From positions 247,793 through 311,792 of the forward strand of contig CBDANZ010000005.1 in NCBI GenBank assembly GCA_965197865.1: DNA of 64,000 bases, written 5' to 3'. Below, one piece after another: positions 29,146-38,792 of the stretch. Position 1 is the stretch's first letter; the number at the start of each line of letters is the position of its first letter. Both the position numbers and the translations under genes were made by a program. The notes beneath the pieces were generated by a model. That model saw only the letters and a program-made list of their open reading frames with translations, did no database searches and was not told where the DNA came from. The DNA comes from Vicinamibacterales bacterium. Its GTDB lineage: Bacteria > Acidobacteriota > Vicinamibacteria > Vicinamibacterales > CAVVIG01.

Positions 29146-32100
29146 TCAGGCGACGGCTGGCCTGCCGAACTTCAGATACAACGTCGGCACCACAACCATG
29201 TTGAGCAAGGTCGACGAAGTGAGACCGCAGAGAATCACGATGGCCATCGGCGTCTCAATTTCGCTGCCCGCCTGCCCGCCGCTGAGGGCCAGGGGAATCA
29301 GCGCGAGTGCCGAGGAAGTTGCCGTCATCAGGATCGGGATGAACCGCTCACGTGCGCCCCGCTCGACAGCCTCACGAAAATCGGTCACCCCCTCCTCGTC
29401 AGTCAGATGATGAATATGCGAGACGAGCATGATGCCGTTGCGCGTGGCGATGCCAAACAACGTGAGGAAGCCGATCATCGACGCCACGCTCAGGATTCCC
29501 CCGCCCACGAACACGCCCACCACCCCGCCGATGAGGGCCAGTGGCAAGTTGAGCATGATGAGTATGGCATCTTGGGGACGCCCGAAGGCGAGCACGAGCA
29601 GCATGAACAGGCCGGCGATCACGACCACGCCCAGCACCAGCAGCCGTTGTGAGGCGCTCTGCTCGCTCTCAAATTGCCCTCCGTATTCGACGCGGTACCC
29701 TGGCGGCATTGGCACCTCTTGTGCGACGGCCGCACGCATGTCGTTGACGACGCTGCCGAGAGCGCGGCCGGCCACGTTGGCCGAGATGACGATCCGCCGC
29801 TGCACATTCTCGCGCTGCACCATGTTCGGCCCCGTTTCCCGGCGCACGTCGGCCAGCAGGCGGATTGGCACCGACGTGCCATGGGGTGTATCGATCGGCA
29901 GATTCGCAAGACGATCGAAGTCGGTCTGGACACTCGGATGGAACTTCACGACCAGATCGAACGCCGTCGCCCGGTCGAAAATTCGGCCCACCCGTGTGCC
30001 CGCAAAGCTCGTTTCGACGGCCGCAGCCACATCGTCGGCCTGAAGACCATAGCGGGCGATGGCCGGCCGGTTGAGGACAAACCGCACGAACGGCACGTCC
30101 ATCTGCTGCTCCAGCGATACGTCGACGGCCCCGGGAATGCCAGTCATCACCTCTCGAACGCGCTCACCCAGACGCCGCAGCGTGGGAAGATCGTCGCCGA
30201 AGATCTTCACCGCGATGTTGGCACGCGTCCCCGACAGCATATGGTCGATCCGGTGCGAGATCGGCTGACCGATCGTCACGTTGGTGCCTGGCAGCGATGA
30301 AAACTCCTGCCGGAGCGTCGTGAGCAACTCGGCCCGCGACCGTCCAGTGTGGCGCAACCGCACGTCGATCTCAGCCGCCTCAACGCCCTGGACGTGCTCG
30401 TCGTACTCTGCCCGACCGGTGCGACGCGCCGTGGCCACGACTTCTGGCTGCGCCATGAGAATGTGCTCGATGCGGCGCCCGATCTCGTCGGACTTCTGAA
30501 GCGACGTCCCTGGTAGGGTATTCGCCTGGATGGTCAACGACCCTTCATTGAACTCGGGCAAGAAGGCCGTGCCCGTCCGTGCCACCGCCACAATGGCCAC
30601 CACGAGCAGCGCCAACGACGTCACCGTGACGAGCCTGGGGCGATCGAGGGCGTGCGGCAGCAGCTTGGCGAACCCTGCCTTGAGGGTGCGCCCAAGCCAC
30701 CCCTCGTGTCCCCTCAGAATCGACCGCGCACCGGGCAGGAAGGCGTAGCAGAGTGCCGGCGTCACGATCATCGCTACCACGAGCGACGTCAGCAGCGCGA
30801 CGATATAGGCCGACGCGAGCGGCGCCAGTAAGCGGCCCTCGACGCCCGATAGCCCGTAGATGGGCAGGAACACGAGGACGATGATGATCGTGGCGAATAC
30901 GATCGAGGTGCGGATTTCGAGCGTCGCATCACGGACGATCACCGCGGTCGATTGCTGCTCGGCGGGCGCTCTTGCCGCATTCTCCCGCAGTCGTCGGACC
31001 ACGTTCTCTACGTCGACGATCGCATCGTCGACCAGGGCGCCGATGGCAATGGCCATCCCTCCAAGCGTCATCGTGTTGATCGTCGCGTCGAACCCGCGCA
31101 ACACGAGCACGGCGGTGGCCAGAGACAGCGGCATCGCGGCCAGCGTGATGGCGGCCGCCCGCAGGTTGGCCAGAAAGATCACGACGATCACGACCACCAG
31201 AAGGCCTCCATCGCGAAGCGCGTCGACGACGTTCTCGACGGCGACTTCGATGAAATCGGCCTGGCTGAAGATCCGGCGATCGATCTTCATGCCACGAGGC
31301 AGCTCCTGCTGCAAGGCGTCCAGTTCCCGATCGAGTCGCGCCGTCAATTCGACCGTGTTGGTGTCCGGCTGCTTCTGCACACCCACGATCACGGCTGGCG
31401 TACCGTTGCGCGATCCCTCGCCTCGCTTGAGAGCGGCGCCTTCCCGCACGTCGGCTACGTCGCGAATTAGGACGGGCCGGTCACCGCGAAGGGCGACGAT
31501 GCTGCCGCCGATTTCTTCCGGCGTACGAACGCGTCCGATCGTTTGCAGCACGTACTCCTGGGGTCCCTCCCGGTAGATCCCGGCCGACGTATTCTGGCTG
31601 GCACCGCCGACGGCATCGAGGAGCTGGGTGATGGAGATCTGGTTGGCGCGAAGCCGATCGGGGTGTGCAATGACCTGGAACTGCCGCTTGTCACCCCCGA
31701 TGGGCGTCACCTGCGACACACCGGTCACGGCCAGGAGCCGCCGCCGCACGACGGTATCGGCGACGGTCCGCAGGGTCAGCGCGTCGTCCTGCTCCGACGT
31801 GATCGCGAAGAACAGGATTTCGCCCATGATCGACGAAATGGGCGCCAGGATGGGACGCTCCACTTGAGGCGGCAGGCTTCCAGCGACGAGGGTCAGCTTC
31901 TCGGCGACGATCTGTCGCGCGCGGAAGATGTCGGTGCCCCAGTCGAATTCCACCCAAACGACGGCGATGCCGACGGCCGTGGCCGACCGCACCCGCCGGA
32001 CGTCCGATGCCCCGTTGAGCGCGGCCTCGATGGGAAACGTCACGAGCGTTTCCATCTCCTCGGGCGCCATCCCGCGGCCTTCTGTCAGGATGGTGACCGT

Positions 32101-32235
32101 CGGTGCCGTGAGGTCGGGGAATACGTCCACCGGCATGCGGCGCGCGGTCCACAGCCCGGCTCCGGCCAGCAGGACCGCCAGCGAGAGGACCATCCAGTGA
32201 TGATCAATTGACCATTGGATCAGTCGTTTCATCAT
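29146..32235 (-). CDS. CusA/CzcA-family heavy-metal efflux RND permease
   Basis: 1029 aa, 12-TM RND architecture. TM4 motif AIGALVDDAIVDVEN is of the CusA-like AIGxxVDxxIVxxEN type. Confidence 0.95.
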   Translation of the reverse strand: MMKRLIQWSIDHHWMVLSLAVLLAGAGLWTARRMPVDVFPDLTAPTVTILTEGRGMAPEEMETLVTFPIEAALNGASDVRRVRSATAVGIAVVWVEFDWGTDIFRARQIVAEKLTLVAGSLPPQVERPILAPISSIMGEILFFAITSEQDDALTLRTVADTVVRRRLLAVTGVSQVTPIGGDKRQFQVIAHPDRLRANQISITQLLDAVGGASQNTSAGIYREGPQEYVLQTIGRVRTPEEIGGSIVALRGDRPVLIRDVADVREGAALKRGEGSRNGTPAVIVGVQKQPDTNTVELTARLDRELDALQQELPRGMKIDRRIFSQADFIEVAVENVVDALRDGGLLVVVIVVIFLANLRAAAITLAAMPLSLATAVLVLRGFDATINTMTLGGMAIAIGALVDDAIVDVENVVRRLRENAARAPAEQQSTAVIVRDATLEIRTSIVFATIIIVLVFLPIYGLSGVEGRLLAPLASAYIVALLTSLVVAMIVTPALCYAFLPGARSILRGHEGWLGRTLKAGFAKLLPHALDRPRLVTVTSLALLVVAIVAVARTGTAFLPEFNEGSLTIQANTLPGTSLQKSDEIGRRIEHILMAQPEVVATARRTGRAEYDEHVQGVEAAEIDVRLRHTGRSRAELLTTLRQEFSSLPGTNVTIGQPISHRIDHMLSGTRANIAVKIFGDDLPTLRRLGERVREVMTGIPGAVDVSLEQQMDVPFVRFVLNRPAIARYGLQADDVAAAVETSFAGTRVGRIFDRATAFDLVVKFHPSVQTDFDRLANLPIDTPHGTSVPIRLLADVRRETGPNMVQRENVQRRIVISANVAGRALGSVVNDMRAAVAQEVPMPPGYRVEYGGQFESEQSASQRLLVLGVVVIAGLFMLLVLAFGRPQDAILIMLNLPLALIGGVVGVFVGGGILSVASMIGFLTLFGIATRNGIMLVSHIHHLTDEEGVTDFREAVERGARERFIPILMTATSSALALIPLALSGGQAGSEIETPMAIVILCGLTSSTLLNMVVVPTLYLKFGRPAVA

Positions 32236-32247
32236 TTTCAGTGTTCC

Positions 32248-33804
32248 TTAGTGGACGTGGCCTTCAGCGGGCAGCCCCATGGCGGCCGACGCCAGCTGTA
32301 CTTCGTACGCGCCGCGCGTGACGACGCGCTCGCCCAGGGCGACGCCGCTCCTCACGCCGACGAGGTCGGCATCGCGGGCTGCGATCTCGATGACCCGCCG
32401 CGCGAAACTCTCCCCGCCGACTTGCACGAAGACGTACGGTCGCCCCGCTTCCGTCAGCACTGCCGCGGCGGGCACCGCTGGCAGTCGCGTTCGATCGCGC
32501 GTATACAGCACGGCGGTGGCAACCTGCCCGACCAGCAGCTGTTCGCCCGGATTGTCGATTTCCATTTGAAGGGCCAGGGCTCGCGTGGCCGCGTCGATGA
32601 CGCCCGAGTCGTGTACGTGCTCAGGTTCCAGCATCAACGGGTCGGGAAGGCCCGGAATCTCCAGCACCACGGTGTTGACCTGGCGGGCGACTGGTACATC
32701 GGCCACCGGCACCTGCACCTCCAGCTTTACGCGATCCGTTCGGACGATCCGGAACAGTGGCGCGCCTTCGTCATAGGACGCCCCGAGCGTGACCGTGACT
32801 TCGGCCAGCCGCCCGGCAATCGGGGCTCGCAGCGCGAACGCATTGCCGGCGGCGGCTCCGCCGCCCAAGCGCAGCGTTTCGTCCCGCTGCGCCAGCCGGG
32901 CTCGCGCGGCTTCTAGGCGAGCTTCGGCGATCTGCATCGCCCGCCGAGCGTCCTCGACGCGACGAGCGGGCACGGCCCGCTCATCGAGCAGCCGTTCGGC
33001 ACGGGCCAGCTCGACGCGCGCCGCGTCGAGCGCCGCCTGCGCCTCGGCGTCCTCGGCCGCCAGCGTCGCGCGGTCGGTACCTGCGGCGAGGCGCGGCTCC
33101 AGCCGTGCGAGGACTTGTCCCGCGCGAACCCTGTCCCCAATCGAGAGCAGGACGTCCGCCGCGAGGCGCCCGGCGGCCGGGACGGCCACGATCGCCTCGC
33201 CTCCTGGCAGCGGGTGCACCGTCGCCGGCACGCGAATAGAGGTCCGCACTTCTGCCTCCTGAACCAGCGCAGTCGCGAACTCGCTGGTCCACTGCGATTC
33301 CTTCAGGTACGTAATCGCCGCCGAATCCTCCGCCGGGTGGTGCTCGGCATCTATCAGGGCCGTCGCTTCCTGGGGAAACACCATGACAGCGCCCAGGTCG
33401 TGCCGATCCGACAGATCCGGTCCCTCGAGAAGCAACGCCCACCGATACCGTCCTGCCACCGGAGGGACATCCTCCACCCGGAACACGCCGGGTCGCGAGG
33501 GTTCGGGTGCGGCAAGCACGTGCGACGGGCCGCCAACGTCCGGCACGAACTCAATCGTGGCCTGACCCGACGTGACCGCCTGGAAGTCGGCCAGTCGCGT
33601 GAGGTGGATGGCGAATAGCGCCGTCTGTCCCGCGACGAGCGGCGGGTATTCCATGAACAGCTCCGTCCGGTCCGTCCAATGGGTCACGTCCAGCGTGGGC
33701 AGCTCGTCCTCGGCGCCCTGGCCCGGACCGGCTGCTTGCGTGCAGCCGGTGAGCGCCAGTACCGCGAGGGCCCCGGCGCCAATCCATCGATATGTGACTC
33801 TCAT
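32248..33804 (-). CDS. efflux RND periplasmic adaptor (CusB/CzcB-like) with extended N-terminal domain
   Basis: Lipoprotein-type signal (LALTGCTQ), coiled-coil hairpin (LAAEDAEAQAALDAARVELARAERLL..), barrel-sandwich motifs. ATGA overlap with the upstream gene. Confidence 0.9.
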   Translation of the reverse strand: MRVTYRWIGAGALAVLALTGCTQAAGPGQGAEDELPTLDVTHWTDRTELFMEYPPLVAGQTALFAIHLTRLADFQAVTSGQATIEFVPDVGGPSHVLAAPEPSRPGVFRVEDVPPVAGRYRWALLLEGPDLSDRHDLGAVMVFPQEATALIDAEHHPAEDSAAITYLKESQWTSEFATALVQEAEVRTSIRVPATVHPLPGGEAIVAVPAAGRLAADVLLSIGDRVRAGQVLARLEPRLAAGTDRATLAAEDAEAQAALDAARVELARAERLLDERAVPARRVEDARRAMQIAEARLEAARARLAQRDETLRLGGGAAAGNAFALRAPIAGRLAEVTVTLGASYDEGAPLFRIVRTDRVKLEVQVPVADVPVARQVNTVVLEIPGLPDPLMLEPEHVHDSGVIDAATRALALQMEIDNPGEQLLVGQVATAVLYTRDRTRLPAVPAAAVLTEAGRPYVFVQVGGESFARRVIEIAARDADLVGVRSGVALGERVVTRGAYEVQLASAAMGLPAEGHVH

Positions 33805-35027
33805 AGCGTGGCCTCCCAGCCTGTAGCGAATGCCAGCTCGATCTCGGCCTGGCGCACCGCCAGCTCGAGCGCCGTCTGACGCACGCGGGCGGACGCCCCG
33901 ATGCGGTAGGCATCCAACAACTCCAAGATGCCGCGCTCGCCGGCGTCGTAGCTGACCCGGGCGATCCGCTCGATTTGTGCCGCGCTGCCGACGGCCTCGG
34001 CACGGTAGCGCACCGCCACCGCGCGCCGCTGGATCACGACCTCGCGCAGGGCCGCCGCCAGGCCCCGCAGGACCGCGCGAAACGAGGCCGCGCGTGCCTC
34101 CGCCTGTGCGGTGCGCGCCGCCGCGAGCGTCCGCTCAGGCCGTGCGCGGTCGAAGAGCGGAAGCGTCGCGTACATCGCAATCACGCTGCCGAGATCGCCG
34201 CCCAGCGCTGTCGACGACTTGGTACCGACCACAATCTCGGGCTCGGGGATGAGACGCCGCTCAGCCGCAGTCGCGGCGAACGCCGCCGCGTCCACCTCGT
34301 GCCGAAAGGCGACGAGATCGCCGCGGGCCGTTTCCGCGATCTCGAGCAACACCTCCAGCGGCGGCACGGCCGCTCGCAGCGGCGACCCGCCGACCGCCAC
34401 AAGGCGCGTCGGGTCGGACACGTCGTCGAAAAAGCCGGCGAGGATCGCCTGAGCGCGGGCGCGTTCGGTCGAGGCCAGCACCAGGTCGGTCTCCGCGTCG
34501 AGCACCTCACGCTCCGCGCGGAGCCGATCGAACCCGGCCACATCCCCTGCGGTCTCTCGTCGTGCGAGCACGTCGGCCACCTCGCGAAGGCGGTCGCGGG
34601 CCGCACCCAGGTCGCGCTCGCGCGCCTGCTCGGCGATCAGCTCCGCGAACGCGAGGCGCAGGTCGGCGCGGAGACGGCGCACGGCGTCGTCCGCGCGGCT
34701 CGAGGTGGCCGACACCAGCGCCGACGCGGCCTGCTCCTCGTACCGCCGGCGACCGGTAATGGAGAGCGGCTGCGCCAGCTTCGTGAGGTACTCGGTCGTC
34801 CCGGCCACCGATTCCCGATCGACGGTCAGCCGAGGGTTTGGCCAGCGACCCGCCATCAGCACATCGACCTGAGCCACCTCGATGCCGGCGCGAATCGCCC
34901 GTACGCGAGGACCGTTGGTCGACAGTCGCGCGAGGGCCTCGGACTCGGTCAATATCAACGATTGAGCGCCGACGCTGGACGGGGCGAGGACGCCCACCAG
35001 CGCGGCGCAGAGCACGACTCTGTGCAT
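33801..35027 (-). CDS. TolC-family outer-membrane efflux protein (CusC/CzcC-like)
   Basis: From ATG 35027: MHRVVLCAALVGVLAPSSVGAQS signal, tandem OEP repeats. Confidence 0.9.
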   Translation of the reverse strand: MHRVVLCAALVGVLAPSSVGAQSLILTESEALARLSTNGPRVRAIRAGIEVAQVDVLMAGRWPNPRLTVDRESVAGTTEYLTKLAQPLSITGRRRYEEQAASALVSATSSRADDAVRRLRADLRLAFAELIAEQARERDLGAARDRLREVADVLARRETAGDVAGFDRLRAEREVLDAETDLVLASTERARAQAILAGFFDDVSDPTRLVAVGGSPLRAAVPPLEVLLEIAETARGDLVAFRHEVDAAAFAATAAERRLIPEPEIVVGTKSSTALGGDLGSVIAMYATLPLFDRARPERTLAAARTAQAEARAASFRAVLRGLAAALREVVIQRRAVAVRYRAEAVGSAAQIERIARVSYDAGERGILELLDAYRIGASARVRQTALELAVRQAEIELAFATGWEATL

Positions 35028-35077
35028 AACACCTCGAATGAAAAAAGAGACGTCGAGACAGACGACGGGCGAGCCCG

Positions 35078-35521
35078 TCAGATCAGACGGGGACCGTGGG
35101 GAGGACCGCGGAGACCGGGCGACGTGCGCCACGGCGGATCGTGAACGGACAGATGAATGAAGAAGGGGGTCCAGCTGGTGGTCTGCAGAGTCAGCTCGAC
35201 CGGCAGACCTTCAAGCCGGGCATCATGCCCTGGCGAGCCCTGCCACACCTTCGTCGGGCCGGTGAAGGGCGAGTCGAGCCACTGGACCAGCTCGTGCTCG
35301 TCGTGGTTAACAGCCGTCTCGTCGACCGGATGGTGCGCCTCGTAGTGCCGATGGATCACCTCGGAATGACGTCCATCGTCGGCGTGGGTCACGTGGACGT
35401 GCTCTGGCGGCAACCACGCCAGGGCCAGCATGGCCATCACCGCGAGGCCGATCACGGACGTTCGTACGGGGCCGTCTGCTGCCACGTTGGCATTATCGAC
35501 GCCATAGAGGTCTTCCGTCAA
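35078..35521 (-). CDS. His-rich membrane-anchored small protein (putative metal-binding accessory)
   Basis: One TM (VIGLAVMAMLALAWL), then PPEHVHVTHADDGRHSEVIHRHYEAHHPVDETAVNHDEHE. First gene of the efflux operon. Confidence 0.55.
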   Translation of the reverse strand: MTEDLYGVDNANVAADGPVRTSVIGLAVMAMLALAWLPPEHVHVTHADDGRHSEVIHRHYEAHHPVDETAVNHDEHELVQWLDSPFTGPTKVWQGSPGHDARLEGLPVELTLQTTSWTPFFIHLSVHDPPWRTSPGLRGPPHGPRLI

Positions 35522-35556
35522 ACAAACCCCGCCCGTGATTCTGACTGATGCGTCAG

Positions 35557-35572
35557 GAAACCTTCAGGTTTC
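35557..35572. promoter_or_regulatory. 16-bp palindrome GAAACCT-TC-AGGTTTC, candidate operator of the efflux operon
   Basis: Perfect 7-bp arms, 36-51 nt upstream of start codon 35521 on the minus strand. Confidence 0.3.
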
Positions 35573-35729
35573 GATCGCGCCATGCGGACCGGCCGGCACT
35601 TCACAGTTCCCTTACCCTGTCGCCCGGGGTGTCCCGTGGTTTGTGCGGCCTTCCATCAAGAGGGACTTGAATTCAAGAATACTGAAGGGTCTAAAAAGAA
35701 ATAGGAGGGACTTCAATAAGGCCTTTCGA

Positions 35730-36053
35730 ATGTCAGCTAATCACTATGGCGAAATGATGCTGCGCCGGAGGATTGCTGCCCGGTGGGAGCGCTTCTTCGC
35801 GGACAGTGATTTCTTGATTCGACCGGTCGCATTTGGCCCGGCCGATGCGAGAACCAAAGTCGGAAGCAGGCTCAGCTACGACGGGACGAAAATGATCTAC
35901 GGCGACTACGTGTGGCCCTTTGCGGCCTGTTTCAACACTTCAGGGCATCCGGCCCTGCAGGTCCCACTGGGGCTTAGCAAGGAAGGCCTTCCCTTGGGGG
36001 TCCAGATCGTTGGTCCTTACTGGAGCGAACCCGAAATCCCGAGTTACGTGTAG
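35730..36053 (+). pseudogene. amidase-signature enzyme C-terminal fragment
   Basis: ..WERFFADSDFLIRPV..FNTSGHPALQVPLGLSKEGLPLGVQIVGPYWSE. The N-terminal ~350 aa, including the catalytic Ser-Ser-Lys region, are absent. Confidence 0.55.
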
Positions 36054-36064
36054 CCACCGTCCGT

Positions 36065-37240
36065 TTGGGGGAAATCATGCCCAACACGATTCGTGGCGTG
36101 ACGGGACTTGCGATCGGAGCGGCCCTCATCTTGCTCAACCCGGCCACCGTGGTGACTCAGGATCACCCGGGGCTCGTCACAATTTCGGCTGTATCCACGC
36201 TCACTACCACCTCTGAACTGCGCCAGTGGGATGGTCTGGTCGACCGGATGATCCGAGACAGAGAACTCGTACTCTATGCTGCCTATGATGACAGACTGCT
36301 GCCGAATCGACGGCACGAGCGGCTCAGTCAGTACTACAGAGGCGTGCCGGTGCATGGAGGGGACATCTTCCGGCAGACGGCTGGGGGCGTGACCGTCTCT
36401 GTCTTCGGCATGATCTACAGGCGGATCGATGTTGATCTCACACCAGGTGTCTCCGCGGACGAGGCGGCAGCGATACTGCAGAACGTGTCCGGCGCGACGC
36501 TTGTGCAGAATCGCGTTCCTAGACTGACTATTCTGCCGACGCTTGACGGAGGCTACGCCTTGACGTACCGGGCGACGCTGAGTAACGCCACGACATGATC
36601 TTGTCGACGCGCATGGTAGCCGAGTCTTGGTGAAGATCGACAAGGTTCTCACCCAGATCGAAGCGGGCAAGGGTAGCGGCGTCCTGGGTGACACAAGAAA
36701 TGTGAGCGCGACACGGGTTACTGGAATGTTTCGGGCACAGGATGAGCTGCGTCCAGGGGAGGTTCTCACGCTCGAGGCACGAGGTGACGAACGGATTCTG
36801 GAACGCCTGGAAGGTGGCGTGTCATTTGACAGCGACATTGCCAGTGACTCGGACAATACGTGGACCGATGCTGGAGTCGTAGACGCCCACGTCCACACAG
36901 GATGGACCCACGACTATTTCTCTAAGCGCCAGAACTGGACGGGTGTCGACGGCGAGGCTGGCCGCATTGCCCTGACCGATTTGAGTTTCAGGGCGACACA
37001 TTTTTTCGCGAGACGTCAGGGGCCAGTTTGGAAGATAGTAGTTTCTTCCCCTTCTTGTGCACCGATGACGGTCGATTCGCGCTCGCTTCGAACCACGGGG
37101 GCGCGATCCATGAAGCGTTCTCTGACAGCTTCGGAACCAGCGCGGAGTTCTTCTTCGGGAGGCTGGCACCGGTCCGCTCAAGGCCGATTACCTGCTCGGG
37201 GAAGACGTCTCTGGCTTCGGCCCCGTTCGCTCGATGGAGT
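36065..37240 (+). pseudogene. thermolysin-like (M4) metalloprotease, several frameshifts, HExxH region deleted, 3'-truncated
   Basis: Signal plus FTP/PepSY propeptide (36065-36598). ..VDAHGSRVL..GKGSGVLGDTRNV..DSDNTWTDAGVVDAHVHTGWTHDYF (second frame). GGAIHEAFSDSFGTSAEFFF (third frame) and GPLKADYLLGEDVSGFGPVRSM (again shifted). No HExxH between them. Confidence 0.7.
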
Positions 37241-38577
37241 CCCGCTGCTCTTGTGACATCTGCAGATGCCCCTGGATATCCACATTCGCGCGCGCCGCGT
37301 CCGAGTAGACGAGCTGCGACACGTCGACCGAGCCGAGATAGAGCCGTTGAGGCTGACTGCCGAGCCCGGCCTCGGCACGATCCTTGTCGATGACCTGCGT
37401 GAGACTTGATATGGAGAGTTGGGGGTACAGCGCGGACCTTGCCGCCCGCACGACGTGCGCGCCGGCGGCGACGAACCGGTCGGTCGCGAGGACGTCGAGG
37501 TTCGCGGCGATCGCCTCGCGGGCGGCGGTTGGGAGATCCAGCTCCCGCTGGATCCGCAGGCGCTCATCATGAAGGAGCTCCGCCTCCGTGATGATGCTCC
37601 AGCTTGGATAAGCCCCTATGGCTCTCGCGGTGGCCATATTGAGCGTCAATCATTGACGGCGCCCGAAGTCGACCGGAATTGCTTCCGGATCGTCCCCACT
37701 AAGAATGCGTTGCAGGTTGAGGGCGATCCGGCGACCCAGCCGCTGAAAGTCGGCGTCCAGATAGGTGCTCGTCAGCAGACCGCGGTCGACCTCCGCTCGG
37801 CCCCAATAGGAAAACGTGGGCAGCCTCCGTGCGATAAGCTCTGCCACCAACCGATCGAGATCCCCGGGCGGCAATTGAATCAGGGGTACGACGTAGACCG
37901 CCTCCGTGGTCGGGGGGATCGCCGCCAGCGCCGCATTCACCGACGTACCCACGCGGACGAGGGTCAGCTCCACGTCGAGTCCCGAGACCTCACGGCGGAT
38001 GTTGTCAGCTAGTTCCGCGCCGGCGGCCAGGATGCCCTGATTGGCGAGCATGGTCACGCGCCTGAACGGCACGACCTCTCGGAACCGCCTTAGGTTGTCG
38101 GCAAGGGCACCGGGGAACGTGATGTAGCTCAGGTTGGCCACGCCACTCACGCGCTCGCCCTGGCGGTTGCCCTCGAACGGCACACCCTGCACCTCCGGGT
38201 TGAGCACGAACGCGGCGATGACAGGTTTCGGGAGGCTGACGCGCCGTCCGGCATAGGTTGACGACACGGGACCTGAGGTCAGCAGGATGTCGACGTCGGG
38301 ATCCGCGAGCAAACGTTCGACAGCCTCGCGTGCGCCGTCGAGGGTTCAGTCAGCGAGCAACCGCTTCTCGGCCGGGAACACGATCTCGACGTTTGGGCCA
38401 ATCAGATCGAGGATCTCTCGTTCGAAGATCACTCGCACTTCGTCGTTTCGCTCCCACGGCCCGTCGAGGACGAGACCAAGCATGCAGGGGGTTACACACC
38501 ATCTGGGCAACGCTGGGCTGTGCAAGCATGGAGGCTACGAAGAACGTCTTGGCGACACGCGCAAACCGGACACTCAT
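37188..38577 (-). pseudogene. fusion of ABC-type substrate-binding (COG2984-like) domain with TolC-like N-terminal repeat; frameshift, two in-frame TGA, 3'-truncated
   Basis: Signal MSVRFARVAKTFFVASMLAQPSVAQ (38577), frameshift ~38470. ..RLLAD-TGA(38346-38348)-TLDGAREAVERLLADPDVDILLTSG..DFGRRQ-TGA(37650-37652)-LTLNMATARAIG.., then LDLPTAAREAIAANLDVLAT..ARSALYPQLSISS.. (OEP repeat). Collides with the M4 fragment near 37240. Confidence 0.6.
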
Positions 38578-38792
38578 GGTGCTTCCTCCACAGAACGTTA
38601 GGTTTTGGCCCGCTCAACACATTGACCGTGGCCTTCGGCGAGACTCCAGCTTCGGCGTGGGTCCTGATGCGCTTTCGAACGGGATCCCTTTCGCGCCGGT
38701 TCATTGTCCCGCTGACCCGCGCGTCCGTTCCAACCTCTCAGTTGGGCGCGCTCTACTCTACGCTCTGGTCGAGCTAGTTGCCAAACGCGAGA

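Noticed and set aside
37650-37652. TGA reassigned to a sense codon (Trp, Gly or selenocysteine), as an explanation for the five in-frame TGAs.
   Set aside because: TGA is the genuine terminator of many intact genes here (serS, nrfD-like, FeS subunit, bactofilin, receptor 14265, oxidase, RND pump and others), with no homology continuing past it. No SECIS-like context was recognised. Pseudogenisation or consensus error is more parsimonious.
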